Notes: generated from the letters alone by a model not told the origin. Positions 50,541 to 64,000 are shown, numbered from the stretch's first letter. The stretch is DNA of 64,000 nucleotides from Octopus sinensis (GCF_006345805.1 NC_043002.1:17856001-17920000); one strand, 5' to 3'. Numbers and translations: made by a program.

Positions 50541-52004
50541 TTCTGCATATGTATATATGTTTATATGCATGTGTGTGCACTTCTATCTGTCATTACCATT
50601 CATATATATATATGTATATATATGGGTGGGTGGGTGTGTGCGTGTGTGTGTGTGTTTGTGTGTGTGTAACCTGGAACAACCTGACAAAATAGGAATGGAA
50701 ATAAGATTTCCGCAAATTTACGATTACCGTTATTAGTTCTATGAACCAACGAAGGGAAACCAGTGTTATCTTCGAGACATACTTTAAATTTATACTGTTT
50801 GTATATATGTGTGTGCGAGTGTCTGCGTGTGTGTGTGTCTGTGTTTGTGTGTGAGTATGTGTGTGCGTGTGTGTATGTGTGCGTGTATTTGTGCGTGTGT
50901 GAGTGTATGTGTGTGTCTGTGTGTGTCTGTGTGTGAGTCTGTGTGCCTGTGTGTGAATAATGTAAAAGAATAAATTTTCTTTTGATTATTAAATTTTAAG
51001 TAAAACATATGATCAATAGCTACCGTTGCAATTTAAAAGAACTTTTACATGTAAAATTTTAATCTATAGAGAATTTATTCCGTGATGGATGTGTGAAAGT
51101 GAGATAAGTTTGGGATATTGGTTTCGAAAAACAGTGAATTTATTATGCTTAAAGAAATACAAATGTATTAAGTACAATCTGAACGTATCGATTTAAGGCC
51201 TCTGAAATTTATGGTATTTTGGAAAATAAAATCTTAAAAACATACGGAAATACACCTAAATAAAAGAATAACTTGTAAATCTTCAGATAACATTATTTAT
51301 TGCAGCATTTGTTTAGTGAAATATGTGTGAATAAATATATTCATTTGTGAAAGGTGGATGTATAAATGTATTCTTCAGTGGTCAGTAAAAATATGTGTGT
51401 AAATGTATTTTAACACGTGACAAAACAACCTGGGAGTCAATATGTTATGTTTAAAATTGCTTCTTAATTCCAAGCAAAGTGTCTTCATATATGTTAAAGT
51501 GTACAGAGATATGGAAATAAAACATGCACAGTTGAAGGAAATAGTTGTTTATTTGTTTAGAACGGAGTCCTATCAATAGCATTTATGTGTATAAAACAGT
51601 AGCTGTTAAGAGAGTAATTTTCTTTATTTATTGAACATTAGTATTATTGAATTAGAAACAAGTTTGTTTTAGCGGAGAAAACGTTTAAGTCAATTAGGAT
51701 CAGCGTACAAGTAACATTAGACACAATAGTTTCTCGTATCAAGCTTAAAGCGCATTTAACTCTTAATAATAATAATAATTCAGTAATACTCTAGTTGAGG
51801 ATAGAAAGACTAAAAGAACCTGCCAATACTGTTTCTCGTTATTATAAAAGATTAATACTTTATAATCACCTTATGGCTGTTCTTAACGAAGTGCAATTAA
51901 TCACGTTTATTAAGAGCATACACACTGTGATTATATTACAAGCTTAAAATATATTGCCTTGTAAAATAAAACTATCAGTGTTTTCGTAATTAATAAAGAA
52001 CAAA

Positions 52005-52465
52005 ATAAGAATTTCTAACACTAACGTAAAAGCGGTGTTACTGTATGGGGCTGAGACATGGTGAACAACAGTTAAGTCAAATAAGCAAATACAATCATTC
52101 ATCAACAGATGCTTGCGTAGTATATTTAAAATTAGATGGCCCGAACACATAAGCAATATGGAGCTATGGCAAAGAACAAATCAAGTTTCGATTAGGGAGA
52201 AAATCTTTAAGAAAAAGTGGAAGTGGATTGGTAGCACAATTAGAAAAACACACTAAACGTAGCGAAAAGTGCTTTACATTGGAATTTGGATGGATATAGA
52301 AAGGTAGGTCTAAGAACTTTTGGCGTAGATCAACACAAAAGGGAACTAGAGAAAGGAGGATATTCATGGCAGAGTATATGTACAGAAGCGAAAAATTTTC
52401 CGACATGGAAATCAATTATAAGTGGCCTATACTCCGCGCTGGAGGGTTAAAGGCAGAAAAAAAAT
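52005..52465 (+). mobile_element. RTE-clade LINE 3' fragment
   Basis: NTNVKAVLLYGAETW, FINRCLRSIFKIRWPEHISNMELWQRT, KWKWIG and WRRS. Confidence 0.9.
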
Positions 52466-53343
52466 TAAGCTATTAAGAGAGAAAAATATGTTCTTCGACG
52501 CAAGTACGATTGGTTTCAGAATGCTCGACTGCCACCAGGAATATTATTGAATTGCATATTTGCAATGTCCTGCGTGACATTCCTGTGATTCTTTGGATGA
52601 TCATATTGAGATGACAAATTAGAGATAAAAAACTACCAATTTGCGGGAACTGAATATTTTTTTCCAAATATCTACTTGTTTTTAATACATCTATAAATGT
52701 CAGCGTTTTCTGTAAGATATACATCTGGCAAAAATACAGTCAATTTCTGAGCGGGGGCGTTATACCATGATTACGACTTAGAAGTATATATTTTAACAAC
52801 CAGGCTGTAAGAACCTCCACATTTTTTTTTCAATAAAAATTTGCATTTAATACATTTAAAACTAATCTTCCGTCAACTTTTCTGATGCAGTTTATAGCAT
52901 AGTTATTCCTGACATATATCAAACACAAATTAAATATACCATCCTTCAATACATTCACAAATTATTCATTCACCCTAACAATGTTATTGCGAATTTGATT
53001 AAAAAATAATTTTAGCACAAACTAACTTTTTCTTTACATGAAAGATGTTTTAATGGGACAACCAATCAGTATAAGGAGAATTAAACAGAACCGACTACAC
53101 ACATAAATGTAAAACATTGACGGAATTATGTTACAACATTAATTGAATCTATGAAGACGTATACTGAGTTGCTAAATACACCGTTTTACAAGTTCTAAAA
53201 GCAATATAAAACCTTTTGAAACTCTCATTGAAACAGTTTTTTATAAATCCTGAAATATCACAAACTTCACAATCCGTAAAATATTAAAATTTCTTTCACA
53301 CCTACTAAAATATTTTCGTAAATATTCTCTGACCAATACACAC

Positions 53344-53379
<36 letters not shown>

Positions 53380-53380
53380 T

Positions 53381-54100
53381 GCAATTCCTGAGTCAAGATC
53401 AGTGCGTGAGTTGGGCATTGACATGAGCAATGATGCATCTTTCTAAGTGCATATTGCCAATTTGGTAATAAAATGCAGACGGCTAGTTGGATGGATCCTC
53501 TGAAGTTTCAGAACAATAGAGAAGGAGTCACTAATGGTCCTTTGGAAGACATTCGTCCTCAGCCGCTTGGACTACTGCTCCCAACTATGGTCACCACACA
53601 ATATAAAGTTAACAGCAGAACTCGAAGCAATCCACCGAAGCTACACTAAGAAGATTGTCTCAATGCCACATATAAGCTAATGGGAAATTGATATGCATCT
53701 GGAAAATCCTGGAGGGCCTTGTCCCGAATTTTGGCATTGAAAGTTACCCCAACAGCAGAACGGGGTGCTAGTGCATGATGCCAAAGATCCCAACATCACC
53801 ATCAAAATAGAGGATCAGATACTGCAACAGCTTGGGTTTCAGGGGACCAGAGATCTCCAATATCATTCTTAAATGACTGAGAGACATGCATGGTATGGAT
53901 GTGGGTTTCTTTAAAACTAAACTGGATCTCTTCCTACCTCTCTGCAAGAAACAGATGCGAGTAACGGCGCTGAACTCCCTTGTTGACCAAGTGCCACGTA
54001 TCAGAGGTGGTTTCACATACTAGTGTAGCATATTCAACGGTGGTGCCCCAGCATGGCCGCAGCTTTCGGGCTGAAACATTTTTAAGGATTAAGGATTTAT
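53381..54100 (+). mobile_element. CR1/L2-group LINE 3' fragment with intact 3' terminus
   Basis: VRELGIDMSND, LWKTFVLSRLDYCSQLWSP, IWKILEGLVPN and FKTKLDLFL; ends ggtggtgccccagcatggccgcag...ctgaaaca followed by TTAAGGA repeats. Confidence 0.9.
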
Positions 54101-54210
54101 ACGTTATTACGAATGTACAACTATATCAACAGTGATTATGCACGTCAACGATATTGAGGCAAAATTAACAGTTTATTTTAACCGTCAATACCATCTCAAC
54201 CGTATAATGG

Positions 54211-54245
<35 letters not shown>

Positions 54246-54910
54246 TGTATGTATGTGTGTATGTATGTATGTATGTATGTGTGTGTGTGCGGGTATGTAG
54301 TGTGTATGCGTGGGTGTGAGTGTGTGTAGTAAGACTTGCCTATCTAAGCCTGGCTTAACTTGACATTTCACAACTCATCATGCAGCTGGCTCAAATGACA
54401 CGAGGTTCATTGAAGCTGATACATTCGCATGACATATAAATTCTGCGGGGTTTCCTTATATGACATGTAAATCCCAGATTGGTCTAAACTGACGTTTACT
54501 ATTCACAAATCAGAAAAGGCAAATATCACTGTCACTTGAGGCGAGACATATCTGCACTCTGTGTCATGCAAATTTCAGACTTTTCTTCGGAATCAAATGC
54601 CAGTTACATACTCACGCACGGAAAAGCATATCTGACAAGAAGCTGTCAGGGTTAGAATCGGAGCAAGCTAACTCTCTCTCTCTCTATCTCTCTCTCTCTC
54701 TCTCTCATTCTCTCTCTCTCTCACTCACTCACTCTGTCTCTCTCTCTATCTATCTTTCTATCTATCAATCTATATATATATATATATACTTAGAAAAGGA
54801 TGCGTGGTGTTCGATCATATAATAATATAAATAATATATAAATATATGCATATATACATACATAAATGTACATACCTACATATATATGTATATATACATG
54901 CATATATACG

Positions 54911-54990
<80 letters not shown>

Positions 54991-55429
54991 ATATATATAG
55001 ATATAGATAGATAGAAACAAGCAGACAGACAAATAGTCAGATAGATAGATATATTAAACTTATAAATCAATTTTAAAAAATTATCAATACATGAAAACTT
55101 ATATACATATCTATGTGTGCGCAAACATATCTCGACCAAGCATGACTGGCTTGCTAGTATCTAGCTCTGGGGTCGTTTTTGAACATTGATGTCAACCAAA
55201 ACATCGTGTAAGATAAGGTGGATAAGTGTATTCGTGGATTAGGCAAAATATTTCATGAAATATAAGAAGGTTTGTTATCTTTGAATCTCATAACCATACG
55301 TATTAAAATTTGATGACCCCCGATTAAGTAATCCGCATTCAGAACTAGATTCGACTAGCACATACAGGGTTTGATGTAATCGATTAACCCACTTTCCTGA
55401 ACTTGCTGGACTTGTGCCAAAATTTGTAA

Positions 55430-55783
55430 TTATTATCTCCGCCATAGCGAAGGCGGAGGTATTGTTTTTAGTTGTATTTGTCTTTGCTTGTTTGTCCGTG
55501 GACAAGATATCACAAAAACCGCCGGATGGATTCAAAGGAAACTTTCAGGAATGTTTTGCTTCGTGACTGGCAGGAACGGATTAGATTTTGGGATCGATCC
55601 AGTAGCGGACAAGAATTCTGGAATATTTTCCTTTTTTTTTCACTTCAATTTTGAGACCGATCGAGTTTGTGAGAGTAGTCGAGTTTATTTCGGGTATTCT
55701 CATTTTAAAAACCATCTCCGTCTAATCGTTGAGAGGAAGTTGGTGATATCTTGGCGGAAATTTGCTCTCTTTGAATGTTCTTG
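55430..55783 (+). mobile_element. Helentron-associated non-autonomous element (HINE)
   Basis: ttattatCTCCGCCatagcgaaGGCGGAG 5' hairpin, tgtctttgcttgtttgtc, subterminal ttggcggaaa...ctctctttgaatg; inserted in T/TTA context. Confidence 0.75.
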
Positions 55784-55884
55784 TTATTATTATTATTGCT
55801 ATTATTTAATTTATTTTATTGGAAATGCAGACATGTTCGATCATCAGATAAAATATCAGAAGGTATTTCTTCCCAATATTTATA

Positions 55885-56032
55885 TTCTGAGCTCAAATTC
55901 CGTCGAGGTCAACTTTCATCCTTTTGGGATCGATAAAATAAAATAGCAGTCAAGTACTGTGGTCGATGATATCGATTAATCCCTTCCTTCAAAATTTGCT
56001 GGGAGTGTGCCAAAATTTGAAATAATTAATAT
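55885..56032 (+). mobile_element. SINE family 1 partial copy
   Basis: ttctgagctcaaattccgtcgaggtcaac and gtgccaaaatttgaaa. Confidence 0.75.
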
Positions 56033-57423
56033 TGTTATTGCCTGTATTATTTTTGTTTTTATTGTTGTTTTTCTTGAGTATTGCTCATGGAATTTACCGA
56101 AGCAAATTACACTGATGGGCCATTTCTTTGCCGTATTAAAGCATTTGAGTTGAACACAATATGTGCATATTTGTCTTACATTAAAGGCTGCAATATCATT
56201 TTTTTGCAATGATTTTTTTTTTCGTTTTTTGGTAGGGTTGGTGTCGATGTATCAGAACATTATGAAACAAACACATTTATATTAAATTCAAATAGGCAAC
56301 GACACAAACATAATTTATATGCTATTAATATTCAGAACATTTATTCCTGTGAATTTTGAAAAGCAAATGATCCACTTTAGCTACATAATGTTTCAACTAA
56401 TGTCCCCTAAAACACATTTTCTGTCAAAACCATCTCCATTAAAGTTTAGGGCTCTAAACCCTGAAAACGAAACAATTTTGTTCCTTATTTTATCAAAATG
56501 GACAAAAATAATTGTTTTCAATGCATGGAAAAGCGAGAATAAAATGTAATGCCAACGCATACAAATACATAAATCTACACACGGAATGAGGTATACTCAC
56601 ACGCTTTTACAAACGTAAGGTGTAGGCACAAACAGGATACATACATATCAATCACAGACATGCTGACAGAAGTTCAAAAGTGTAGACACACAGAGAGGAA
56701 ACATGAACAAGGCGTACACACATTTAGACAAACACAATACATAAATACACACACACATACAGGAAAACAAATACACACATACAGGAAAACACGTGCATGC
56801 ACAAACACACACTAGATTTCGAGGAACTGACACAATACACACACGTATATAGCTTTCTTCCGTGTGTTCCCGAATCCTATTATAAAAAAACCTTGAAATG
56901 AGTGTAACATTTGAGTTCTGGAAATGAAAGCCAAATAGAAACAGAGATAAGGAAATCTGCTTCACTGAGACAGAGGGGAACATATAAATGTTACCATTCT
57001 CTCTCAGTTTCGTATTCCCCTACAGACAATTGTGAATCTCATTTCTTAGACAAAACAATCTTATACTTATCGTTACATATATGCACGTTGTAGGTATTCT
57101 CTCTTTTAATACATAATGTTATTAAGTCTCAGATCTTAGGTTTTATTTCGTGTTATCAGTTTTTAGAAACTCTAAGAATTTTGTTTGCGTATGCTTCAGG
57201 TTTTACTTCGTTAACCATTGCCTCTGTATTTTCATTTCTTGAGTATTTTGCATTCAAATATGTTCATTAAAATGGACTAATATTTATTCGAATATATTAA
57301 CATTGCTAAAATGTAATACTTGTAGAACAAAATACAAATGTATACATGTAATATATATATATATATATACACAAACACGCACAGGCATATATGTATACAC
57401 ACAGACAAGACATACACACACAC

Positions 57424-57480
<57 letters not shown>

Positions 57481-57485
57481 ATATA

Positions 57486-57686
57486 GTTAATCCAAACAAG
57501 AAAGCACAAAAAAACACAACAACGCGAGGACGTGGAACAAATATAGTATTATTGAACACTCAGGAAAGAAGGAAAGAAGGATGGTTTACCCTTTCGAGCG
57601 GAGCTCTTCGACGGAAACATAGGAGAAGGAAAGATCCAGAGAAGGAAAGACAGAGGAAAAATTCGCCAACGGTACACACGCGGTCA
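57486..57686 (-). mobile_element. Solo pseudo-LTR family C with hammerhead-like motif at 57584-57618
   Basis: Minus strand GTTT-CCGTCGA-A-GAGC-TCC-GCTC-GAAAG-GGT-AAAC; downstream ttcctgag...taatac is shared with families A and B. Confidence 0.7.
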
Positions 57687-57742
57687 TCACCACTGTTTGA
57701 CAACAGATGTTAGTGTCTTTGCGTTCCCGCAACTTTGCGGAT

Positions 57743-59105
57743 CGGCAAAGGCCAGAATGGATGACTCCCTATATTTTTTTAACTTTATAAGTAAGAGACC
57801 GAATATTTCCGACAAAAATACTGTTTAATCTGTAAGAAATTAACATCTTTCCAAAAGTCTGATTTAACATCAAACGGTGCTTACATATTTGGACATTGAT
57901 AAGCACAATTTTTTTCGCACAAATCAGGTGTTATATCCACTGTCCAGATTTATTTGATAGCACTTCACTACTCGGATAATGATGTTGGGGGATAAGCTGT
58001 TACGTTCTGTTTCAGAATAACCGAACAATACTCTATTCGTTTGAGATCCGTCGAGTTTCCTGGCCATGGATCCAACAGATCTTACCAAGGATTGCTTAGC
58101 CACTGTTTTACTGTTCTTGTGTGATGGCATGACGCTCTATCACGCTGGAAGTGCGTACACCGCTTGATTTTTATAAATGGTGGAACTTTCGTTTGCAGAA
58201 TTTCAAGGTAATTAGTTCCCTTGATGGTTACACCTTCAGGCAGAAACCACAGTCCGCATCTTCCACCAGCACAAAGGTTTCCCACACCATAACTTTTAGA
58301 GCATTCTTAACACTTGGGATAATGCAGCGAGAATAGTTCCTTCAATTTAGAGGTCATCCCACATGTCTGCAAAACGCATAAAATTGTGACACCTTAGTTT
58401 CATCTGAAAAGATAACTTATTTCCATTATTCGACTGACCAATTTTTATACTTTTGGCAAAACGCCAAACGACCAGAAATATTTTTCGAGGTGAACCTTGG
58501 TTTCCTTGAAGGTTTGTAGGACTTAAGGCTGGGATCAAATAAATATCTACGAATTGTCCTTTGGCTAGGGATCTTGTCTTCTTGCAGTAGATCAGATTGA
58601 ACAACTTCGAAAGATTTTATGGAGGATATTTTGGCGGCTACAATAATAGCATCGTCAATTCGCATGATGGTAGTTGTGAGGCGTCCCATAGGCCTGCTTA
58701 ATTGATATTTACCAGCAGATTTCGATTCTTTATTGACCTTGAAACAGTTCTCTGTCCTAATTTCAATCTTTCGCCGATTTATTAAGTGCAGTATCCTTAT
58801 TCGTAAAAAAATTGTATTTTTTACTTTTGACGAAATTCTTCTACCAGGCATTTATAAGAAGAGGAAAATGATTACCAAGAACAAGGTGTCATAAGATATT
58901 TTAGTGACAACTCATTAGAGACCGGAGCAGTCAATCAGAGCCCATCAGCCAATCAGGGCTCAGTAATCAGGTAGAAAACACGATAACACTTAGTGCACTG
59001 AGGGATAAGAAACAGACTTGAACGACGGACTAGTGATTAAAAATACCATCATTAGGATGAAGTTTTGTTTATAAATCAGTGAGTCATCTATTATGGCCAA
59101 TTCTG
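57743..59105 (-). mobile_element. Tc1-like transposon (D-35-E spacing in this copy), decayed
   Basis: ORFs 58426-58851 (HTH, RTIRRYL, KP) and 58082-58285 (FQRD...WPGNSTDL..IE); imperfect TIRs CGGCAAAGGCCAGAATGGATGACTC / CAGAATTGGCCATAATAGATGACTC. Confidence 0.85.
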
Positions 59106-59106
59106 A

Positions 59107-59540
<434 letters not shown>

Positions 59541-59545
<5 letters not shown>

Positions 59546-60143
59546 TATAAAATAGTAAAAAGTGAAAAAACTACAGAAGGCTTGTTTTAAAAGGCTAAAA
59601 AATATATATTTGAGTCATTATGTCAGAAGAATGTTATAAATTTTTTTCATACAATGACATAGTTTTTGAAGAAACGACCGGTTTCGCGTTCAGCTTTTCA
59701 AATTTCTTACATCATTATGTTTTCGTTGAGAAGTGTAAAGAGGAGTTCCAGGTAAGGGGAGGTAATAAGTGATTTCTTCCGGTGTAAGGGGGATATTCGC
59801 TTAATATTTCTTGCCTTTTTGGGGATGAGTTTCTCTGTATAAGAATGTTGGAATGGTTAAGTTTGGGCTTGTATTTTTCAATGACGAATGCACATCTACG
59901 TCTGAGTGATAGACACTTCTCGACGAAAACATAACGATGTAAGAAATTTGAAAAGCTGAACGCGAAACCGGTCATTTCTTCAAAAACTATGTCATTGTAT
60001 GAAAAAAATTTATAACATTCTTCTGACATAATGACTCAAATATATATTTTTTAACATTTTAAAACAAGCCTTCTGTAGTTTTTTCACCTTTTACTATTTT
60101 CTATATATTCAACCACGTGGTTTCACACACCAACTTTCTCACC
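59541..60143. mobile_element. Penelope-type element with 196-bp inverted pseudo-LTRs, each containing a hammerhead
   Basis: 59541-59736 is inverted at 59913-60108 with few mismatches; 176-bp spacer reads AFVIEKYKPKLN on the minus strand (GIY-YIG C-terminus-like). Confidence 0.85.
59941..59980 (+). ncRNA. Minimal hammerhead with U3-A8 core variant (mirror copy at 59669-59708 on the minus strand)
   Basis: AAGAAAT-TTGAAAA-GC-TGAAC-GC-GAAAC-CG-GTC-ATTTCTT: 7-bp stem I, palindromic ACCGGT, GUC site; stem II only 2 bp. Confidence 0.7.
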
Positions 60144-61818
60144 TATATATATATATATATATATAAGATAAGGTGTACTAATGGTCATTACATATTCTTT
60201 ATTGCAGTAAATACGACTTACAGCTCTTTCCAATAGACATTGTACGTTCTTTCATTGTAGGATTACTCAATCGGTCCATTGATGGCTTAAGATAAATTGA
60301 ACAATCTTTAAGAACTAATGCTATCCCCATCAGAGTGAAGTATTCTGATGAAAAACAAAACAGAACGATATATATATATATAATAGAGAAGACTGAGAAG
60401 GGGAATGAAGGTAGTGACTGGCAAAGTAATTACAGGCCTATCGGCCCCTTAAACGTTACAGACAAAATATATTTACTTTATATGTGTAATTCTTTCGAAG
60501 CCTTTAAACGTTTCTTACAATGGATTATTAAACAAAGTAGATGTCAAACATAGACGTTTTTATCATCTGTTTGTTGACGTATTATTCAATAATGAACAGA
60601 GACCTAAAATATTGACACTTCAGTAAGAGCTTCTAAAATTATATTCATTTATCTTTATAGAGGAAAATGATTTCCTATAGTGATGTGAAAATATATCCCA
60701 TTAGAAATAATCGCTTTTGTTGTTGCCTTCGTAGAGGATGAGGGTGAGATGATCGATATAAGTATGAATATATAGCAAAACTGGCTACAGTTAAGCGTAT
60801 GTGTTGGAATATCTCCACAAGATAAATATTAGGGCATGCTAAATACTATTTTGTATTTAAGTTTCCGGCCATTTACCGTTCCAATATCTTTTAGTTATAT
60901 ATCATATAATGCCAATCAACTTAGTATATGATCAAATTATTTACTATAATATCAATCAACAGCAGTTATTTCACTGTTATTATGCTGCCAAATTTTCTGG
61001 AAATTGCATGAACGTAGCAACACCTGAATGTTCTCGTCCTATGAAATATAAGCGACGATACGATTTCAAGGAAATATTTTGTAATTACCGAACGCATCAT
61101 TGTTTAAATTACATGCACTGTTCAATTTAACACTAAGTGTGTATAAGTATATGACTGTTCCTGCCGTGGATGTCATAGTTTCTATGGTAACTTTCTATCG
61201 TCGACGATAATTACAATTGTTCAAAAGAAAGGGAGCTTGCGAGTTGCTTCTTCCCCGTTTATAAAGTAATTCCCTTGGCTGACTCTGCACGTTTTATGTG
61301 GCGATATTTAAATCCCATAATCTGATTTATGTGTCAAAAGTGTAAAACGCTTCAGAGAACTTTTTATACCGATTTTTATTTATGTGTTATGTTTCTTTTA
61401 CTTTACAAATAACAAAATTCAATAAATTCAATGAACGGAAGCCAAGAGTAAAAGGTGAACTTCTTGAGACATTTAATGAGAAGTGTCACCAACTTAAAGA
61501 GACTAAACTGATACGCTACACTAATAAATAGTATCGAAACCTTGTCAGTAGTCTCAAAATTCCTAGAGATAACTGCATGCTTCTTCTACCATAAAGTATT
61601 ATAATTTGATATTCATATATTTGTGAGCTTATTAAATATATGTAGATGTCTGTATGTACACATCAATGCTGCATTTATGTATAAAATAAACTAGAAATTT
61701 GCATATGTCTTTTCTCCTAAATTACCCTTAAAAATATATTAGCTTATACAGTATTGATAATTAACTATGAATGCAGTTAATCCACATTTATATTCGTGTA
61801 TAAAATGGGTTATCGTAT

Positions 61819-62646
61819 TTGACGAGAATATGTTTGTTTTTCCTCTTGCGTTTTGCATTTAATATATTTGCTAAGCTGCGATATCATTGGATATGATTTA
61901 ATATTCCCAGACAAAACCCATAAAAATACTTTAAGAATAAAGAATAAAGCTTTTAAAACTCCTTAGATCTTTGGAAGTTGAGAAGATCGGCCGGGTATCA
62001 TATATTTATATATTTCAGAGAACAAAGAAATCTATAACAAATTACTCATTTTACTATATCTATTAATTTAGATGCAAAAGAGATAAAGACTCTTTGAAGA
62101 ATTAGTAACATTAAAAATAAGAGGAAGCCTTTGTCATTTATAGCGTGATGTTGTTTCATATACAAATATATGAAACCATTAAATATATATTTACAATTTG
62201 TTCATGATTTAAATACGAATATAACGCTAATGTAGCTATGTTATTATCAGATCTACGTTAAAATCTCCACTACTAGAAACGTGATTAATTCAACACGTTT
62301 TTGTAAGTTCTGAAACCCAAATTAGCTCATGTTAAACATTGAAGCTGATGTTTTTATTTAAATCGTCAAATATATATTTGTTCCTGAATGATGGTTCTAA
62401 AACAATTTTAGTGAATCTCATAACTACTTGACTTATAGAGGTAAATACTGGTATATTTGGGGGTTTGTGTAGACCACATAGGGCAAAACTTCTGAACTTC
62501 ACTAGTATTTTGCTTTGTCGACACGGTGAGGGAAAGTAAATTGGTCCACCGTAGGATTTTGAACTGAAAGCATTGACGAGAATATGTTTGTTTTTCTTCG
62601 TGTGTCTTGCATTTCATATATTTGCTAAGCTACAATATCATTGTAT
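61819..62646 (+). repeat. Pair of 74-bp direct repeats
   Basis: 61819-61892 and 62573-62646, both ttgacgagaatatgtttgtttttc...atatatttgctaagct...atatcattg; about 85% identical. Confidence 0.85.
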
Positions 62647-62649
62647 CTC

Positions 62650-63000
62650 TCTGTATCTCTCACTCTTTTACAGTTGTTGGACTGCGGCCTTGCTGGGGCA
62701 ACGCATTGAAGTGTTTTCTTCATGGAACACGTCAATGGCAGTACCTATTTCTTATAGTCTGGTAATCATTCTATCAATCTCTTTTCTGAACTGCTAAATT
62801 ACAGGGACGTAAACAAATTAACGCTTATTGACAGTCGATGGGGCAAACGGAGACACACACACTCATGCATGCACACATACAGGCAACATACTTCCGTACA
62901 GTATCTGTGCCAAATTCACTCACAAGGAATTGGTCTGTTCGTAGCCGTAGTGAACGACAGTTACTCAAGGTGGGCCTGAACCTGAAATCACCAAGTATCT
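62650..63000 (-). mobile_element. SINE family 2, old diverged copy
   Basis: gactgcggccttgctggggc, ttacagggacgtaaaca and aaattcactcacaagg. Confidence 0.7.
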
Positions 63001-64000
63001 TCAATTTTCATATTTAAATTTCGGATATCGTAATTACTACACTTGTATATTTAACGATATAGAAAAGACCAGTGCAATCTGGCATTCACACATCCACTGG
63101 AAAGCCAAACTAAACAGGCCGACATTTTTTTCAGTATTTTTTGCGAAATAAACCGTAGACATTCACTTGCGCTAATGGCGTCCATTTTCTCTGTTTCTCG
63201 ACCGTTGTCCTCTCCCATTAAGCTTACTGTCTTCAAATGTGTCAGTATAAAACCAAGTATCAATGATGGCTACTTTATGTGGTTGTTTAATCTGATAGAA
63301 ATAGCATTGCTTATTCCTTCAAATGAATCCTGTTTCAGAAATGGACACGTCGGAGAATATATGTTGACTGGGATGGATAGATTTACACAATGCCTGGAAA
63401 AACAGACGTTCATAATGAAAATACTTATGATTGTAGTTTGTTTAGCTCAAGGTCAGTGCTGATACGTTACTCGATCTCTGTTGACTTCAGACAAAGCGGC
63501 AACAACAGTAAAATCTAATATATATATAAGTCTCAAAGAGGAAAGTCCAAGCTAATGACAGAGCTTCTACGCAGTCATAGAAATAAAATCCAATATTATA
63601 TCAACTCCACCTTTTTTAAAAGCATTTTATGTAACATGTTTGAAAATATGAAATGGGATTGTCGTCGTAGCTAGAATAATTTCGATCACCTATCTCTTGG
63701 AATTAAATGATAGTTGGTATTATTTGGAGGTGAAGAGAAATGAAAACATGAACATAATCGAGACAAGCAAGCCATCTAAATGACTACTACATTTGACAAT
63801 GTGATATGAAGTTCTATCAGAACAATTTGCTGCTACGTTGAGTGGCACAGATGAAATCTTCGGTGATAGCTTTTCAGTTTCATAGAACTTGACGCTTATG
63901 CGAAGATAGAAATCCATTACGATCTTGTCGTTGATATTCATTTTACATCGAAAGAAGAAGACCATCGATTAAATGCATTCCGTATTTGAAGATCACATGG

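Noticed and set aside
55488-55946. 152-aa ORF as a gene
   Set aside because: It runs through a HINE, a TTA repeat and a SINE, with no domain signature.
60110-60130. 10-nt palindrome ACCACGTGGT after GAAAC on the minus strand as another hammerhead
   Set aside because: Only the 3' half is present; treated as part of the element's terminal motif.

Overview
This is a very AT-rich, microsatellite-saturated eukaryotic window. The SINE, LINE and microsatellite families look like octopus (cephalopod) genomic DNA; that assignment comes from recalled repeat sequences, not from a search. I found no convincing host protein-coding exon, tRNA/rRNA gene or CRISPR array, so it is probably intergenic or part of a very large intron. 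Most long ORFs in the track are microsatellite artefacts. The window is a patchwork of mobile elements: tRNA-derived SINEs (two main families), R4/Dong-type LINE 3' ends next to (TAA)n or (ATAC)n, RTE and CR1-group LINE fragments, Tc1/mariner elements (DD34D, DD37D, DD35E), a decayed Chapaev3-type transposon, Helitron/Helentron derivatives and MITEs. Two things stand out. (1) About 15 minimal type I hammerhead-ribozyme motifs from several distinct families sit in 200-300 bp Penelope-type pseudo-LTR units, mostly lodged in (TA)n. Two have intact cores, one pair shows a U3-A8 compensatory core, five share a U6 core variant, and one is fused to a tRNA-type Pol III head. (2) An ORF1-only (gag-like, RRM plus CCHC) retroelement lacks any reverse transcriptase, is broken only by two homopolymer single-base deletions, and may lie inside a Helitron. 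All structures were read by eye, and element boundaries without TIRs are approximate.
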